DNA from: Raja brachyura
Taxonomy: Eukaryota
DNA length: 64,000 nucleotides
Reading direction: 5' to 3'
NCBI GenBank assembly: GCA_963514005.1
Contig: OY740782.1
Location: forward strand, 64,666,001 to 64,730,000
Part shown: piece after piece, positions 60,471 through 64,000 of the stretch
Position numbering within the stretch: position 1 is the first letter of the stretch
Layout of the letters: every line of letters starts with the position of its first letter
The notes under the pieces: generated by a model
Databases searched by the model: none
What the model saw: only the letters and a program-made list of their open reading frames with translations
What the model was told of the DNA's origin: nothing
Translations under genes and position numbers: made by a program

Positions 60471-60714
60471 ATCTCCTCCAAAGTTGCATGCAATAATCCA
60501 GGTGTGGTTTCACCAAGGCTTACGTAACTACAGTCAGACATCTTTCCTCTTGTTTACTGCTCTCCACGTTACCTGCTGCACAGACCGGTAGGCCAGTTTG
60601 GACCTATCACCTTTTAAAAAATATTTGGTATTCTTGTTTTTCTACTGACATGGGTAACTCGTGTTTATTTCCATTCCCGAGCACAATTTCAGGTTTTTCT
60701 TCTTTTGCTTTCAG

Positions 60715-61046
60715 TGTGATCTGCAAGCTTTCAGTGACAATCTTGATCTTGGCACCAGAGAGGCAACACACTGTCTGGGTGTCACATCAATGGCCAAATC
60801 AGTCTGTCGGAACCCCTTCTCTCTATTTTTGTCTCACTCTGCTTCCTCTCCTCGTGCAGCTGTACTCCTGGCTCGGGCTGCACTCCACCGAGGTACCTTC
60901 AAGCATTTCCCAAAGGAATCTGTTAAAGTGTGAGATTTGCTCAAGGGACCTGCTCTATCAGCCTGCTCCTTCTAGTACAACAGCTGAGGACTGTGCTGAC
61001 TGATAGGAATTGGGTGGCTGACAGGCAGACTAGAAGGAACAGGCAG
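60715..61046 (+). other. Candidate internal (probably non-coding) exon
   Basis: Strong acceptor tttttcttcttttgctttcAG at 60714 and donor CAG|GTAATA at 61046/61047, in unique sequence. Confidence 0.25.
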
Positions 61047-61277
61047 GTAATACCAAGTCAAGTCAGGTTTATTGTCACATGTACAACTATGGTGAGGTAC
61101 AGGTACAATGAAAATCTTACTTGAAGCATCTTCACAGGCACCTAAACTCAGCACAGAAAAACATGAAATCCAATCCCTCTGTCTGCACAATCCTCGGCTG
61201 TCCCTGAACAAGCAATCCACAAGATCCTCTGCCTCACAAATTCATCACAGCCACTGCACAATCACCAATAGTTAAGA

Positions 61278-61500
61278 GTGTTAAAGAAGGAACTGCAGAT
61301 GCTGGAGAATCGAGGGTTACACAAAAAGCTGGAGAAACTCAGCGGGTGCAGCAGCATCTAAGGAGTGAAGGAGATAGGCGACATTTCGGGTCGAGACCCT
61401 TCTCCAGTCTGAAGAAGGGTCTCGACCCGAAACGTCGCCTATCTCCTTCACTCCTTAGATGCTGCTGCACCCGCTGAGTTTCTCCAGCTTTTTGTGTAAC
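61278..61500 (-). mobile_element. Penelope-derived fold-back mini-element
   Basis: 92-bp arms (2 mismatches) centred on 61408; tail at the left; 15-bp duplication caccaatagttaaga at 61263-61277 / 61501-61515. Confidence 0.93.
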
Positions 61501-61762
61501 CACCAATAGTTAAGATCCAGGCTCCACTAACTGGCGTTACTTCCTACCACACAAGCAAACAAAGCTCACTGATTTTGATATCTAACAATGCTGTTTTGCT
61601 CTCTTTGTCTCCTAAAATAAGAAATCTCACGTTTTCCCACATTACACTCCATCTGCCACATTTTAAGGTCGGAGATAGAAAGTTTTTTTAATACAAATCT
61701 AGGAAAATGGAATTGAGATAAAAGATCAGCCATTACTTCAATCAATGTTGGAGCAAATTCCT

Positions 61763-62062
61763 GGTGGCACAGTGGCACAGCAGTAGAGTTGCTGCCTCAC
61801 AGTGTCAGACACCTAGGTTCAAGCCTGACCATGGTCGCTGTCTGTATGGAGTCTGTTTGTTCTCCCCATGATGGCCTGTGTTTTCCCTGGGTGCTCCGGA
61901 TTCTTCTCAGATGTACAGTTTGTAGGTTAATTGGCTTCGGTGAAGATTGTAAATTGTTGCTAGTGTGTAGGACAGTGCTAAGGTATGGGGATCGTTGGTC
62001 GATGCGGACTATGTTGTTCTGAAGGGCATGCTTCCACGCTGTTTCTCCAAACTAAACTAAAT
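61763..62062 (+). mobile_element. V-SINE/HE1-type SINE
   Basis: ggcacagtggcacagcagtagagttgctgcctcacag head; gggtgctccgg core; (ctaaa)n tail. Confidence 0.83.
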
Positions 62063-63039
62063 TCAAGTGCCAAATGGCCTGCTCCTTCTACAGTCTCTTT
62101 TGTTCTTATTACTCCTTTGTCGGTGAGATTTAATTGAAACTGTTATTATTCTACCAGCCCAACTCTTCTCTTGTTCATAGCAAAAGGCAATCTACAAGGA
62201 AACATCTATCCCTTTAGATCTGTAACAGAAAATCCTGGGTTTTCCATGAATGTTAAATAACATCACAGTTTAACAGTTACTTTTTTAATGTGGTGTTTCA
62301 TATTAAATATTGCACGAGCAGTTCATTAGGAAATCTCGTCCACTTTGTTGGTTGGAACAAGTTTTGCCATACAACAGAAACAAACAAAAAAAACAGGAAA
62401 CACAACAATTCAAACAGAATCTGCAGTTAATATTTTAGGATAAAAGCATTTGATCCAGAAGGGTCTTTTCCCTCAAATGCGGCCTGACCTGCTGACTATT
62501 TGATTTTGTTCCACAGTTCAGTAACTGCGATTTTTTATCTTAACATTCTCTGTGGTAGTTTAAATTAAGATTTTACCCAGTACTTTTTTAATTACAACGA
62601 ACCAAAAAATGGTAGCAAGATGTTGACGATATAAAAACTGTAATATGAAAAAATCACAACAGGGTTAATTGAATTTTATCTGTAGAAAATAATTTTAACA
62701 CATTTGGATATCTTTCATATTTTTAGTAGGTTGAATTTTTTAATACATTTCCCAATGCATTTCAGTTCATTCCTATCATTAGATTTCAACCACTAACAAT
62801 GGTTATCTTGATGGATGAACCAGACCATTTACATTTGTACTGTCTATTTAGCTTCTAAGAGAAACTTAAATTCTATCTCGGGGTCTTCCAATGTTAGAAA
62901 CTGATGTTATAAAGATTGTGGAACTTTGATTGGAAGATAGGAGGTAACTGTAATATTCCCAAGCGGTCAAGCAGAATTGCCTCAACTACATATCCTTCCC
63001 GGAAAGCTCAATGCATGTTTTGCATCAAAGGTCAGTGGA

Positions 63040-63445
63040 ATTATGTCAGCCACCCCAACAGGCTCGGATGCATCTGTACCTATTGTCATGGTCGCAGATA
63101 TGACATTGATCTTCCTGAGAGTGAACCTGCAGAAAGCAACTGACCCAAGTTGAGTTCTCGACCTTGTCCTCGGAGCCTGTGTGAACAAATAGGCGGGAGT
63201 ATTTCCAGACATCTTTAACACTCGCTATTCCAAGCTGAGGTTCCCACTTGCTGTAAGAAAAGACCACTATCATCCTAGTGTCAAAGAAAAGCAAGGTTGC
63301 GTGCCTCAATGACTATGGCCCAGTGACTTCATGAAGTCCATCATGAAGGGTTTTGAGAGGCTGGTCATGGCACACTCCAGCCTCCCAGATAGCCTTGATC
63401 CACTGCAATTAACCTAACACCACAACAGGTCCATGACAGATGCTA
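63040..63445 (+). mobile_element. Rex1/Babar RT N-terminal fragment
   Basis: AGVFPDIFN, VPTC.KKTTII.V.KK.KV.CLNDY.PV, IMK.FERLV, LDPLQ. Confidence 0.8.
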
Positions 63446-63672
63446 TGGAGGGGGGTAGAGATGGGGAGAAACTGGAAGCAAGAAAAAAGCAGGAGTACCT
63501 CAAACCTGTGCCTCGCCAACAATTGGCCTCTAAGGGAACCTAATTGCCAGAGATCATCTTCTGCCTACTACAATTTGTTCTTGTTTATTTCTCCCTTTCA
63601 GTATCTCTCAACCCCCCACCTTCCTAGCACTATAATCAATCTGAAGAAGAGTCCTGACGAGAAACATTACCT

Positions 63673-63899
63673 TGTGGCGGCACCTGGTGGCAACCCAAGG
63701 GCACAATAAACCATAGAGGGCGGTGTCTTGGTGTGGGAGGCGCCAGTCACGGGGTCGGTATCTGAGTTGGTATTTAAGGCCGGGCAATGCCCGTGACCTT
63801 TGAGGAGTAGGGAGTTGTATTGGAGAGAATAAACACGTCTAGTGCACGCAACTCGTGTCCGATTAGTTTTTGGCTGGACTCCTTCGAGTCCCCACCACA
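63673..63899 (+). mobile_element. 5' LTR (227 bp) of an LTR retrotransposon, probably Gypsy-like; internal region runs off the window
   Basis: TGTGG...CCACA terminal inverted repeat, TATTTAA at ~63771, AATAAA at ~63828, then C + TGGTG (PBS-like) at 63901. Confidence 0.78.
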
Positions 63900-64000
63900 C
63901 TGGTGATCAGGATTTCCATGTGGACGTGATCGAACCGCTGGCGAGGCACGGTGAAGTCTTGAACGGGTGCCCGGACGTGTCCATGCACCTTTTATGTCTG

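Noticed and set aside
13952-61500. Recurring palindromic repeats as CRISPR-like arrays or miRNA genes
   Set aside because: Dispersed, not regularly spaced, and identical to Penelope pLTR sequence with target duplications; no miRNA evidence.

Overview
Vertebrate, repeat-dominated genomic DNA with one 164-nt assembly gap (41748-41911). The repeat families present (V-SINE/HE1-type SINEs, CR1, Rex1/Babar, Neptune-type Penelope) suggest a cartilaginous fish, probably a skate or ray; this is inference. I recognise no complete host protein-coding gene, rRNA, tRNA gene or CRISPR array, and almost all long ORFs are transposon-derived. Main contents: (1) a full-length 5.27-kb DIRS tyrosine-recombinase retrotransposon (7443-12711, minus) with intact ITRs and ICR, plus a deleted 2.44-kb relative (36783-39220, plus); both sit at an ATT core inside the 3' UTR of a Rex1/Babar LINE and both carry a candidate 52-56-nt intron near the 5' end; (2) many Penelope-like (RT + GIY-YIG) copies whose pseudo-LTRs carry a minimal hammerhead-ribozyme motif, including a near-complete 2.65-kb copy nested in a CR1; (3) a set of ~200-bp fold-back mini-elements whose turn-around point lies in the hammerhead motif, flanked by 15-16-bp target duplications; (4) CR1 and Rex1 fragments, SINEs, a Harbinger-like MITE and an LTR plus PBS at the right edge; (5) a duplicated ~413-bp hairpin-rich sequence of unknown nature; (6) weak signals of a plus-strand host gene (CpG-richer promoter/first exon near 23.7-24.15 kb, candidate small exons, TAAT-rich enhancer-like islands). 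All comparisons were made by eye; boundaries of old repeats are approximate.
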